Assembly: GCA_049799275.1 (NCBI GenBank) | Contig: JBARHO010000247.1 | Span: 1-47,223 of the forward strand | Direction of reading: 5' to 3' | Length of the DNA stretch: 47,223 nucleotides | Origin: Thermoplasmata archaeon | GTDB lineage: Archaea > Thermoplasmatota > Thermoplasmata > Lutacidiplasmatales > UBA184 | Shown: piece by piece, positions 1 to 8,698 of the stretch | How the letters are laid out: each line of letters opens with the position of its first letter | How positions within the stretch are numbered: position 1 is the stretch's first letter | The notes under the pieces: generated by a model | The model's input: the letters and a program-made list of their open reading frames with translations, nothing else | Told to the model about the DNA's origin: nothing | Database searches by the model: none | Position numbers and translations under genes: made by a program

Positions 1-183
1 ATCGACGACGTCCTGGACCACGGTGCGAAGGGACCGATGACGGTCCCGGCGGAGGAGCGGGAGGATCTGCCCCCGGAGGAACCGGATCGCCTCCCGAACG
101 GTGGGGTCCGCGCGGGAGGAAGGCGCAGAGCCCTCCGAGGCCCGGGGCTCCATCGCGGAATCATCCGAGGAAGGGATCTCCAT
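1..183 (-). CDS. Partial CDS of unknown function (first 61 codons, runs off the left edge)
   Basis: Reverse-strand ATG at 183, 7 nt downstream of the methyltransferase stop, open to position 1: MEIPSSDDSAMEPRASEGSAPSSRADPTVREAIRFLRGQILPLLRRDRHRSLRTVVQDVVD. No recognisable motif. Absent from the ORF track because it has no stop in the window. Confidence 0.3.
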   Translation of the reverse strand, partial: MEIPSSDDSAMEPRASEGSAPSSRADPTVREAIRFLRGQILPLLRRDRHRSLRTVVQDVVD

Positions 184-189
184 CGTTCG

Positions 190-1128
190 CTAGCCCCGCG
201 GTGAAGGGGGACGTTCGGTGGAACGGGAACGGCCTCTTGAGGTCCGCGGGTCGGCGGGGCCCGCCCTCCCGTTCTCCCGGACCCGCTGGGCGGCGATCGC
301 GAGATACCCCGCATCGATGTCGAAGCCCGTGAACGGGACATCCACGGCCAGGGCGGCGATCGCGGAGCTCCCGATCCCGACGAACGGATCCACGCTCTGA
401 CGGATGCGAGCGCGCCCGTGGAGCCGTAAGCATCGCTCGGCGAGCTCCGGAGGGAAGCTCGCGGGATGGGGGCGCTGCTCGGCGCGGGAGCGGATCGTGG
501 GGTACGGAAGGAACCAAGTGTTCCCCCGGCAACGGACCCCTTGGGCCCCGCCGCGCCATCGGTCCACATTACTGGTGTCCTGATAGGGGACCCCGATCGC
601 CAGGCGGTCCAGAGGGACCTCCCCGCTCTTCGTGAAGTGGAAGATGTACTCCTGGGCCCCGTGAAGGTACCGGGCCGATCGGAGGGGCTTGTAGTGCCCC
701 ACGGCGAGGTCCCGGTCGAGCCCGGTCGCCTGACCCACCGTCCCATGGTCGATCGCGATCGATTTCACCCAGTGGATGACGTTCTGGAGGACGAAGTGGT
801 TCCCGATCTCCCTCGCGACATCCCATGGGAGCCACGGGTCCTTGGGGCCCCCTCCGATGTTCAAGAAGAACGACCCCGCCTCCGACATCAGGGGTTCGAG
901 GGCTCCGGCGAGATCCCCCATCCAGCGAAGGTACGAGGCCCGCGGACGCCGGTCGTGGTAGACCCCGTACTTCATCCCCCGGTTGTACGGGGGCGAGGTC
1001 ACCACCACGTCCACCGAGGCGGGCGGAAGATGTCGCACGAGACCGGTCAACGCGTCCTCTTCCCAGAGGACCACGCGCGGCGAGCCGGTGCTCGGCCACG
1101 CGAAGAACGGCGCTTGATGGCGATCCAC
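190..1128 (-). CDS. Site-specific DNA methyltransferase, beta-class amino-MTase (N4-cytosine or N6-adenine)
   Basis: 312-aa ORF with a GTG start. Motif IV TSPPY lies near the N-terminus; HPASFPPEL and motif I DPFVGIGSS lie near the C-terminus (IV->I order = beta class). SPPY rather than DPPY favours N4-cytosine. Confidence 0.8.
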   Translation of the reverse strand: MDRHQAPFFAWPSTGSPRVVLWEEDALTGLVRHLPPASVDVVVTSPPYNRGMKYGVYHDRRPRASYLRWMGDLAGALEPLMSEAGSFFLNIGGGPKDPWLPWDVAREIGNHFVLQNVIHWVKSIAIDHGTVGQATGLDRDLAVGHYKPLRSARYLHGAQEYIFHFTKSGEVPLDRLAIGVPYQDTSNVDRWRGGAQGVRCRGNTWFLPYPTIRSRAEQRPHPASFPPELAERCLRLHGRARIRQSVDPFVGIGSSAIAALAVDVPFTGFDIDAGYLAIAAQRVRENGRAGPADPRTSRGRSRSTERPPSPRG

Positions 1129-1172
1129 GCCGGACCCGAGGCCGGTGAAGGGAATAATGCGGCGGGCCCGAT

Positions 1173-2945
1173 CTAGCCCGCGGGTGCGGTCTTCGGGGCC
1201 GCTCCCTTCTGCATCTCGGCGCGGGCTTCCGCCAGGGCCTCGGCGGGTTCCTTGTAATAGTACGAGACCAGCCGGCCGACGTCGCGGTGGGTGAACGGCT
1301 TCTGGCGGGTCGCCCGGGTATCGAGGAAGCGGAGGTACTCGAGCATCTCGACCCGGTTACGGACCTCGCGCTCCATCTCCTTCATCGACCAGTTCTTCAT
1401 GATCGCGACGCGCTCGTAGATGTACGAGTGGCCGCTGAAGAGGAACGTGTCGTCGGCCGGGTTCCACGAGTAGACCGAGTTGGTGATGAGCTCGTTCGTC
1501 TCGGGGTCGAGACCGACGATCTCGGTGAGCGACGAGACGCGTCGGGTCATCTTGTTGCCGACCTTGACCTGCCGCTGCAGGAGGACGAGATTGAGCGCGC
1601 TCACGAGCGACCGGGGGAGCGAGATGGGAGGGTTCTCCATCCGGTGGACCATCGCCGACACGCTCTCCGCGTGGAACGTCGTATAGCAGGTCTTCCCCGT
1701 GGCCATCGCCTGGAACACGATGAACGCCTCCGCCCCTCGAACCTCCCCGACCATCAGGTACTGGGGGCGCTGGCGGAGCGAGGTCGCGAGCAGGTCGAAC
1801 ATGTCGATCTCCCCTGGGGCCTTGCCGCTCGTGACGTTCTTCGCGCCGAAGCCGGCGCGCGTGAGCGAGGGCACCCAGTTCTCGTGGGGCAGGTTGAGCT
1901 CCCGGGTATCCTCGATCGAGACGATCTTCATCTGGGGCGGGATGAAGAGCAGCGTCGCGTTGAGCGTCGTGGTCTTCCCGCTCGCCGTACCCCCGCAGAC
2001 CATCATCGACTGACCGTGCTCGATGGCGATCCAGAGGTACGACATCATCTCGGGGCTCATCGTCTTGAATTTCATCAGGTCGACCGGGGTGAACGGATTG
2101 TCCCGGAACCGTCGGATGGTGAACGAGCTCCCCCGCTTCGTGACATGCATCCCGAGCGTGGCCTGGAGCCGCGAGCCGTCCGGTACCGTCGCATCCAGCA
2201 TCGGGTTCGCGACCGAGATGTGCTTACCGGACCGCTGGGCGATCCAGACGACGAACGAGTCCACCTGTTCTGAGGACTCGAACCGGAGGTTCGATCGGAT
2301 CGATCCGAACTTCCGGTGGTAGATGAAGATCGGGATGCGGACGCCGTCGCACGAGATATCCTCGACCTCGCTGTCCGTCATCGGGACGTCGACGACGCCG
2401 TAGCCGATGAAGTCCCGTTCGAGGTAGTACAGGATCCGTCCCTTGGTGACGGGGCTCGGAGAGAGCTCCCACTCGTGGAACTGATCGTCCACCATCTTGC
2501 GGAGCACGCGCCGCTTGGTCTCGGGGTCGATCTCCGGGAGGGGCTCGAACTGATCCAGCAGCGTCTCCTTGAAACGGTTGAGCAGGCCCTTCTCGATCGC
2601 GGAGAGCGGCGGCTCGATGACCTCGTACAGGTACTCGTTCCGCACGTTGTGGAAGGTGATGCGGACGTAAGAGAACCCCTCGCGGATCGGGGCGAGGTCG
2701 AGCTCTTTCAGGTCGGGGTCGGTGAGCGGGGGGACCGGACAGACCTCTCCGTCGCTGCCCTGTCCCGAGAGACCGAGGCGGGCGAGCTTGACCGGCCGGG
2801 AATCGCTCGAGCCTTTCCGCATCGCGGCGCCGAACCGGAGCCACGAGGGGAAGGACGACTTGGGTCGCTGGGAACGCGGGATCAGGTCGCTGTCGCCGGC
2901 CGCGTCCTCGTCGACCGGTGCGGGTTCGATCGCTTCTCCTGCCAT
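1173..2945 (-). CDS. Type IV filament / archaellum-type secretion ATPase (FlaI/TadA/PilB family), copy B
   Basis: Internal ATG at 2945 preceded by GGAGGAGGA. Motifs: Walker A GGTASGKTTTLNA, Asp box VSIEDTRELNL, Walker B YLMVGEVRG, His box TTFHAES. The first 178 codons of the 768-aa track ORF overlap the upstream gene and are R/G-rich junk. Confidence 0.9.
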   Translation of the reverse strand: MAGEAIEPAPVDEDAAGDSDLIPRSQRPKSSFPSWLRFGAAMRKGSSDSRPVKLARLGLSGQGSDGEVCPVPPLTDPDLKELDLAPIREGFSYVRITFHNVRNEYLYEVIEPPLSAIEKGLLNRFKETLLDQFEPLPEIDPETKRRVLRKMVDDQFHEWELSPSPVTKGRILYYLERDFIGYGVVDVPMTDSEVEDISCDGVRIPIFIYHRKFGSIRSNLRFESSEQVDSFVVWIAQRSGKHISVANPMLDATVPDGSRLQATLGMHVTKRGSSFTIRRFRDNPFTPVDLMKFKTMSPEMMSYLWIAIEHGQSMMVCGGTASGKTTTLNATLLFIPPQMKIVSIEDTRELNLPHENWVPSLTRAGFGAKNVTSGKAPGEIDMFDLLATSLRQRPQYLMVGEVRGAEAFIVFQAMATGKTCYTTFHAESVSAMVHRMENPPISLPRSLVSALNLVLLQRQVKVGNKMTRRVSSLTEIVGLDPETNELITNSVYSWNPADDTFLFSGHSYIYERVAIMKNWSMKEMEREVRNRVEMLEYLRFLDTRATRQKPFTHRDVGRLVSYYYKEPAEALAEARAEMQKGAAPKTAPAG

Positions 2946-2959
2946 CGTTCTCCTCCTCC

Positions 2960-3934
2960 TTAGTTCAGCACCGGGACCATGAACCGCATGATGGCCCAGC
3001 CGACCACGAGCATGATCGTCGCGTGCTGCATCCCGTCCGAGATGCGGCCGTTGAGCAGGACGCCCGCCATGATGCCGTCCCCGACCGCGTGGACGATGAC
3101 GGCCACCAGGAAGGCGATGAACAGGACGGGGACGTAGTTGAACGATAGATTGACGGCCGTGGAGCCGAGGGAGCTCGCCGAGATCCCCTCGCCGGCGAGG
3201 ACCATCTGCGGCAGGAAGACCGCCGCCATGATGTAGATCGTGACGAGGAACACGAAGAACGAGATGTAGATGACCGTCACGTAGGTGAGCATCGAGATCT
3301 GGCGCTCCTGCAGGGAGAGCTGGACCTCGCGGGTGTCGTGCGCCACCATCGAGAGCACATCGGCGACATTGCCCCCGGCCTCGTTGGCGCGGGTCACGAT
3401 CGAGACGACGCGCTGGACCAACGGGGTCGGAACGCGCTCCTCGAACAGGCGAAGGGCCGTCATCACCGGGACCCCCCACTCGAGCTGGCTCGCCATCCGC
3501 TTGATCTCCTCGGTCAGGAGCCCATAGCGGCCCCGGCTGGCGACGATGATCGCATCCGGCAGGGTCATCCCGAACCGGCCCGCCTCGGCAACGTCCCGGA
3601 GGAAGTCCGGCAGGCGGTCCTCGATCTTCTTGACCCGTCGGGTCTCCGCGCTCGCGATGAAGCCGTACGGGGCGAGGATGGCGATCAGCCCGAAGACCAT
3701 GAAGTCGAGAGCCGGATTGATCCCGGCGCCCTCTCCCGCGCGTACCTCGATGTTCATGACGCCTACGGCGTTCAGGAACCCGACGACCCAGAGCACGGCG
3801 GCGACGGCGGTGCCGGCGACCAGGAGGATCTGGTCCTTCGTGAGCAGCGCGCGATGGTCGACCTTCGCCATCGCCCCGGCGAAGGCCTTCGATCGAACGA
3901 TCTTCGCGGTCGCGTTCGAGTCAGCGGTCGCCAT
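2960..3934 (-). CDS. Half-size type IV filament platform protein (single T2SSF domain, TadC / FlaJ C-half-like)
   Basis: 324 aa. N-terminal TM hairpin, cytosolic helical block RLPDFLRDVAEAGRFGMTLPDAIIVA...ANEAGGNVADVL, then C-terminal TMs. The ATG at 3934 directly abuts the TAG of the upstream gene. Confidence 0.8.
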   Translation of the reverse strand: MATADSNATAKIVRSKAFAGAMAKVDHRALLTKDQILLVAGTAVAAVLWVVGFLNAVGVMNIEVRAGEGAGINPALDFMVFGLIAILAPYGFIASAETRRVKKIEDRLPDFLRDVAEAGRFGMTLPDAIIVASRGRYGLLTEEIKRMASQLEWGVPVMTALRLFEERVPTPLVQRVVSIVTRANEAGGNVADVLSMVAHDTREVQLSLQERQISMLTYVTVIYISFFVFLVTIYIMAAVFLPQMVLAGEGISASSLGSTAVNLSFNYVPVLFIAFLVAVIVHAVGDGIMAGVLLNGRISDGMQHATIMLVVGWAIMRFMVPVLN

Positions 3935-4909
3935 CTAGGCCTCCTGCGTGAGAACGTACATGAAGAAAATGAACCCGAACTGGGAGACCGGGATCATGCA
4001 GAGGATGATCCCCCAGAGGACGTCGATCATGAACTGGCCGCCCCCGCCGATGATCGCGAAGATCGCGATGATGATGACCAGGAAGAGGGGGAACGCCACG
4101 ACGACCGTGACGAACGTCTCGGCGAGGAGACCCATCGTCTCGACCCGGCGGAGCGCGTCGAGCTTGCTCTCGCGCTGGAACTGCTCGGCCTTGAGCAGGA
4201 AGTACGGTTTGAGCTGTCCACCGGACGTCGCCGTCGTGACGACCCCCTGGAGGAAGTCCTGGAAGCGCTTGGACGGGCTGCGCGCCGCCCCGTTACGGAC
4301 CGCGGTGAGGATGTCGACCCCGAGCAGCTCGGTGTCGCGGGTGATCCACGCGGCCTCCTCGGCGACCTCTCCGTAGATCTTCTGCCGGGCGAGCTCCTTG
4401 AAGATCGCGTCGACGTTGACATCGGCGCTCGCCATCGCACTGACGAAGCTCATCGCCGCGCTGATCTTCATGTCGATCTTCTTCCCGCGGCTCCGGGCGG
4501 CGGAGGCGGGGGCCCCCTTGAGGACCGCGAACGTGCCCAGCGTTCCGAAGACCGGGAGGCCGATCGCGAGCAGAAGTCCGATCAGGAAGTCATTGAGGAG
4601 GAAGATGAAGAATATCCCGAGCCCGAGGCCGATCACGGTCGTGGCGATCCCGGTCACCACCGTGGACGCGTAGACCGTCGCGAGGTACTCGTCGCCCCGG
4701 ATGCGCATGTGGGCCTTGAAGAGGTTCTCCTCCAGGATGGGGTCGGGGGGCTTGGCCGTCACGCGCGCGCGGAACGTGCGCCAGGCCCACTGCTGGAAGC
4801 CCGTGATGGGCGAGTGGGTCGGCTGGGCGCCCTTCTTGACGCGGATGGTGGGGAAGACCGTCTCGGTCCGGGTCGGGACCGCGGCCGCCGGGGCGTCGGC
4901 CGAGCTCAT
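3935..4909 (-). CDS. Half-size type IV filament platform protein (single T2SSF domain, TadB / FlaJ N-half-like)
   Basis: ATG at 4909 overlaps the ATPase stop (ATGA). 324 aa. TM hairpin, cytosolic block ISAAMSFVSAMASADVNVDAIFKELA...FLQGVVTTATSGGQL, then C-terminal TMs. The upstream part of the 660-aa track ORF overlaps the ATPase gene. Confidence 0.8.
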   Translation of the reverse strand: MSSADAPAAAVPTRTETVFPTIRVKKGAQPTHSPITGFQQWAWRTFRARVTAKPPDPILEENLFKAHMRIRGDEYLATVYASTVVTGIATTVIGLGLGIFFIFLLNDFLIGLLLAIGLPVFGTLGTFAVLKGAPASAARSRGKKIDMKISAAMSFVSAMASADVNVDAIFKELARQKIYGEVAEEAAWITRDTELLGVDILTAVRNGAARSPSKRFQDFLQGVVTTATSGGQLKPYFLLKAEQFQRESKLDALRRVETMGLLAETFVTVVVAFPLFLVIIIAIFAIIGGGGQFMIDVLWGIILCMIPVSQFGFIFFMYVLTQEA

Positions 4910-6540
4910 GCGGGAGCCTCCGGGGTGACCCCGATCCGCGCGAGGACCTCCTTGGGGTCCCGGTAGTAGGAGCTCACGAGGCTCCAAAGCTGGCGATAGT
5001 CGTTGATCTTGTGCGCGACGAGATACCGGATGACCGCGACGCGGCGCTGGAACTCCTGGTCCATCTCGTCGGTCGTGTAGTTCTTGAGATCCATGATCTT
5101 GTCGAACAGGAACGAGTGTCCCTTGAACACGAACTTGTCGCCGGACGGCTCCCATTCGTAGACGGTGTTCGTGATGAGCTCGTTCGTTTCGGGCTCGAAC
5201 CCCACGATCTCGAGGACCTGCTTCAGGCGCCGAACGACGCCCTTCTCGGTCCGGGCCTGGATCTGGATGATGACGTTGTTGAGCGCCGAGAGGAGGATCC
5301 TCGGGGTGTTGATCGGAGGGTTCTCGAGACGGTTGACCATCGACTTCACGCTGTCCGCGTGCATCGTCGAGTAGGTCGTGTGGCCCGTGGCCATCGCCTG
5401 GAACATCGTGTACGTCTCTTTGCCCCGGACCTCTCCCACGATGATGTAGTTCGGCCGCTGGCGAAGGGCCGCGCGCACCAGGTCGAACATGTCGACCTCG
5501 CCGGCCGCCTTCCCGTCGGGCCCGCGGTCGCCGGTCCCGCTGCGGGTCGCCCCCGGGATCCAGTTCTCGTGCGGAAGGTTGACCTCGCGCGTGTCCTCGA
5601 TCGAGACGATCTTCGAGGTGGGTGGGATGAACAGGGCGATGGCGTTGAGCGTGCTCGTCTTGCCCGCGGCGGGGCCGCCGCAGATGATGAGCGATTCCCC
5701 CTGCTCGGCCGCGAGCCAGAAGTAGGCGATCATCTCCTCGTTGGCGCTTCCCGTGAGGACGAGGTCGACCGGGGTGAACGGGCGTTCCTTGAACCGCCGG
5801 ATGGTGAAGCTGCCGCCCCGGGTCGTGATCTCCTTCGAGTAGGTGGCCTGGACCCGGTGACCTTCGGGTGTCGTCCCGTCCAGGATCGGGTTCGAGACGG
5901 AGACCGCCTTGCCGCACCGTTGCCCGAGCTGGACGACGAAGGAGTTGAGGGTGTCCTCGTCCGGGAAGACCACCGAGGTCTTCATGGACTCGAACTTGGA
6001 GTGGAAGACGAAGAGGGGGACGTCGACCCCATCGCAGGAGATGTCCTCGACCTGGATGTCCTGGATCAGGGTGTCGATGGGACCGTACCCGACGAAGTCG
6101 CGCTGGATGTAGTAGACGACGCGTTCGGTCGAGAGCGGGCTCAAGGTGATCTGCCGGGTCTTGAGATAGTTCTCGACCTCTCCCCGAAGGTACGTCCGCT
6201 TCTCGGTCATCGAGAGCGTCGCGACCTCGGAACCCATGATCTTCGTGAGCGTGGTCTTGAGGTGGAGGATGAGCTCGCGTTCGTGGCGCGTGAGCTGCGG
6301 TTCGATGACCTCGTAGAGGTACTCCTTGGTCCGGTCGTTGTAGCTGATCCGGGCGTAACAGTAGGGAGGGTTGATCGCCGTGACCTCGAGCTCCTTCATG
6401 TCGGGGTCGCCGAGGGGCGGCATCGCGGTGATGAACGTCCCGGGGACGTCGGTACGACGCTCCCCGGTCGCGGTGGCCGGAACGACGTCGTCGGAAGAGG
6501 AATTGCGCGGGATCCGAACTCGGAACTGTGAACTACTCAT
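4906..6540 (-). CDS. Type IV filament / archaellum-type secretion ATPase (FlaI/TadA/PilB family), copy A
   Basis: 544 aa. Motifs: Walker A GGPAAGKTSTLNA, VSIEDTREVNL, Walker B YIIVGEVRG, STMHADS. The N-domain is paralogous to copy B (EYLYEVIEP in both). AGGAGA lies upstream of the ATG. Confidence 0.9.
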   Translation of the reverse strand: MSSSQFRVRIPRNSSSDDVVPATATGERRTDVPGTFITAMPPLGDPDMKELEVTAINPPYCYARISYNDRTKEYLYEVIEPQLTRHERELILHLKTTLTKIMGSEVATLSMTEKRTYLRGEVENYLKTRQITLSPLSTERVVYYIQRDFVGYGPIDTLIQDIQVEDISCDGVDVPLFVFHSKFESMKTSVVFPDEDTLNSFVVQLGQRCGKAVSVSNPILDGTTPEGHRVQATYSKEITTRGGSFTIRRFKERPFTPVDLVLTGSANEEMIAYFWLAAEQGESLIICGGPAAGKTSTLNAIALFIPPTSKIVSIEDTREVNLPHENWIPGATRSGTGDRGPDGKAAGEVDMFDLVRAALRQRPNYIIVGEVRGKETYTMFQAMATGHTTYSTMHADSVKSMVNRLENPPINTPRILLSALNNVIIQIQARTEKGVVRRLKQVLEIVGFEPETNELITNTVYEWEPSGDKFVFKGHSFLFDKIMDLKNYTTDEMDQEFQRRVAVIRYLVAHKINDYRQLWSLVSSYYRDPKEVLARIGVTPEAPA

Positions 6541-6549
6541 CGTTCTCCT

Positions 6550-7527
6550 TTACGAGGCCCCGACCCCGGTGGTCAACCGGACCTCTCCTCGAATGTACGA
6601 AAAGCTCGTGACGTCGGTCAGGGTCAGCGAGACCGGCACCATCGCCGAGGTCTGTGAAACGCAGCCCGAGTTGGCGATCGTCGCGACGACCGGGCTCGTA
6701 AGGCCGGCGCGTGCCACCGTCTGATTGAACAGTCCCCACCAGGCGCACGGGAAGTGCGTGTAGACGCCCATGGTGATGGTGAGGCCGCCCGTGAAGCCCG
6801 CCACCGCGCTCGAATTGTTGAACGTGACCGGCGCGGCGCCGATCAGATGCGAGTACATGTCCTGGGTGCCGGCGTAGGAGCTGGAGGTCGAGTTCCCCGT
6901 CAGCTGCGTGACCTCCATCGCGACGCTGAAGTTGCCCGAGGTCTGGGTGAGACTGATGAAGGGCGGATAGGCGATGTACTGGTTCGTTGCGGTCTGGCTC
7001 ACGATCACGGCATCGTCCTCGAGCTGGATCGTCTGGGCCGAGTAGTATCGGTTGGGAAGGTTCATCGAGACGAACCCGGTCGAGTAGTTCGCCCAGAGGG
7101 GTTTGGCCACTCCGGGATAGGCGATCTTGAGGAAGACGAACGGGGTCTCTTGGTATCCCGGATGCGTCGAGAGATTGAGCGTCGAGTAGTACGCGGCCCC
7201 CAGGAACGTGAGGCTTCCCTGGGTCCCTTGGGCGAAGAGCGGGATGCCTTGGGATTGCAGATTGAAGGTGGTCGCGAACGTGGGCGGGGACCCGAAGGCG
7301 ATCTGCTGCTCAAGGCTCGACTGCAGTTGGGCCATCGAGGTCTGCGCCGCGGTGGACCATTGGGACTCGTTCTCGGTCATCCACACCGGCACGTACTCCG
7401 TGAGGAAGATCCCGAAGAGCGCGAAGAACACGAGGAGGGACAGCAGGGTCCCGACGACCGAGACGACGCCGCGCGAATCTCGTTGAAGGTGGCGACGGCG
7501 GCGATACCGTCGTCGATCGTTCCGCAC
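6550..7527 (-). CDS. Pilin-like / pilus-associated protein with class III (type IV pilin-like) signal peptide
   Basis: GTG start. Arg-rich N-terminus, then RDSRG|VVSVVGTLLSLLVFFALFGIFL. The large Ser/Thr/Asn-rich extracellular domain carries many N-x-S/T sequons. It is the first gene of the filament operon. Confidence 0.6.
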   Translation of the reverse strand: MRNDRRRYRRRRHLQRDSRGVVSVVGTLLSLLVFFALFGIFLTEYVPVWMTENESQWSTAAQTSMAQLQSSLEQQIAFGSPPTFATTFNLQSQGIPLFAQGTQGSLTFLGAAYYSTLNLSTHPGYQETPFVFLKIAYPGVAKPLWANYSTGFVSMNLPNRYYSAQTIQLEDDAVIVSQTATNQYIAYPPFISLTQTSGNFSVAMEVTQLTGNSTSSSYAGTQDMYSHLIGAAPVTFNNSSAVAGFTGGLTITMGVYTHFPCAWWGLFNQTVARAGLTSPVVATIANSGCVSQTSAMVPVSLTLTDVTSFSYIRGEVRLTTGVGAS

Positions 7528-7599
7528 GCTTGAGTCCCCCCTGACCGTCGGGTCCTGGACCCGTCGGTGCTGGGTACTCGAATTTAGTCTATCTCGTGG

Positions 7600-7607
7600 T
7601 ATAAAAA
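7600..7607 (-). promoter_or_regulatory. Candidate archaeal TATA box for the filament operon
   Basis: The reverse strand reads TTTTTATA in the AT-rich 157-nt divergent intergenic region, about 75 nt upstream of the GTG at 7527. Confidence 0.25.
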
Positions 7608-7684
7608 CACTCGCGGGAAAGCGACACGTACCACTCTCGTCAAGCGCAGGTCTTTAGCTATCCCCGGCCTCAATCCTCCACGTC

Positions 7685-8173
7685 ATGGTCCTCAAGGAGA
7701 TCTCGCTCAAGCTGCCGAACCGGGCGGGAAGTCTGGTGGGGGTCGCACGGATCCTCGCCGAGCATCGGATCAATCTTGCCGCGATCTCGGTCGACTCCAA
7801 CTCCCGTGTCGGGAACGTTCGGCTGGTCGTGAGCAACCCCGAGCGGGCCGTTCGCCTGCTCGAGAAGGCGCAGTACCGACCCGAGGTGCACGACCTATTG
7901 GCCGTCCACCTCGAGGACCGCGCCGGAACGTTCCTCCGGGTCCTCGATCTCCTGGCCCGAGAACGGCTCAACGTGCGAGGCGTGGTCATTCTCGTGGTGC
8001 GTCAAGGAACGCGCACCCTGGTCGGACTCGAGCTGGACGAGATCGAGCGGGCGCGGCAGGTACTGGTCCAGGCCGGGTTCTTCTCCGAGGAGGTCGAGCG
8101 TCTCATCAGCAACGCGGACCTCGTCGCCGCCGCGCCCGTGATCCCCGCGGAGTCGGTCGGGATGCTCCTCTGA
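7685..8173 (+). CDS. ACT-domain (tandem) small-molecule-binding protein
   Basis: 162 aa. Two repeats of the ACT-like pattern (LPNRAGSLVGVARILAEHRINL... and LEDRAGTFLRVLDLLARERLNV...). Confidence 0.6.
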   Translation: MVLKEISLKLPNRAGSLVGVARILAEHRINLAAISVDSNSRVGNVRLVVSNPERAVRLLEKAQYRPEVHDLLAVHLEDRAGTFLRVLDLLARERLNVRGVVILVVRQGTRTLVGLELDEIERARQVLVQAGFFSEEVERLISNADLVAAAPVIPAESVGMLL

Positions 8174-8220
8174 ACCGGCCCGCAAAAACCTGATGAGCCG
8201 TACGCGTTGCCGGGGAACGC

Positions 8221-8292
8221 GCGGTTGTGGTCTAGTGGTTAGGACGGCAGCTTCCCAAGCTACCTACCCGGGTTCAAATCCCGGCAACCGCA
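8221..8292 (+). tRNA. tRNA-Gly (anticodon CCC)
   Basis: Manual cloverleaf: acceptor GCGGTTG/CAACCGC, D arm, anticodon loop TT-CCC-AA, T arm CCGGG-TTCAAAT-CCCGG, discriminator A. One C-A mismatch in the anticodon stem. No encoded CCA. Confidence 0.85.
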
Positions 8293-8698
8293 TCCTTCGA
8301 GCTGGGCGAACGGAACGCTTCGCGCCCGGATAGAGGCCGGTACCGCGGGCCCCAGCGTCTGAGGGCAGATCCCCGTAGGCCGGTCGCCGGGCCTCAGCGC
8401 GCTCGGGAACGCTTGGACCGTCCCTTGCCGCGGGAGCCTTCGGCCGCGACCTGGCTCTGCGCGAAAAGAAAGAGCGCGGGGACGAACCGGGCCCGGCCAA
8501 TATGCGCATGAGAAGGGATCCCGCTCGAGAGCGGGCTCGCTCCCGTGGACTGCGGGCCGGAGTTCGGGATCGGCGGGGCGACGCGGAGAGAACGGCCGTC
8601 CGGATGGTGGGATGGACGCCGGTTCAGCGTAGTAGCAGCCAACTTGGGAAATCGTCGCGCGACCCGCCGAACCCTCGCGAGCTGTCGCCCCATTTTGG
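8293..8698 (+). ncRNA. Candidate structured non-coding RNA of unknown family
   Basis: No protein-like ORF in any frame. Many GC helices, e.g. the 8-bp helix GGGGCGAC (8575-8582) / GTCGCCCC (8684-8691) enclosing nested hairpins, followed by ATTTTGG (8692-8698). Strand and ends are uncertain. Confidence 0.25.

Noticed and set aside
2946-3479. N-terminal 178-codon extension of ATPase B (768-aa track ORF), and the similar extension of platform A to 5917
   Set aside because: The extensions overlap the upstream genes in another frame and are Arg/Gly/His-rich. Internal ATGs with an SD or ATGA coupling give proteins of canonical length.
3338-6531. Very long + strand ORFs (542 aa at 3338-4966 and 506 aa at 5011-6531) opposite the platform and ATPase genes
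   Set aside because: Their composition is dominated by Arg/Asp/Gly/Glu/Pro runs and they have no motifs. They are antisense shadows of clearly motif-bearing genes in high-GC DNA.
8186-8200. C-box-like CTGATGAG just upstream of tRNA-Gly(CCC) as a C/D-box sRNA
   Set aside because: There is no matching D box (CTGA) at the proper spacing and no terminal stem. It runs straight into the tRNA.
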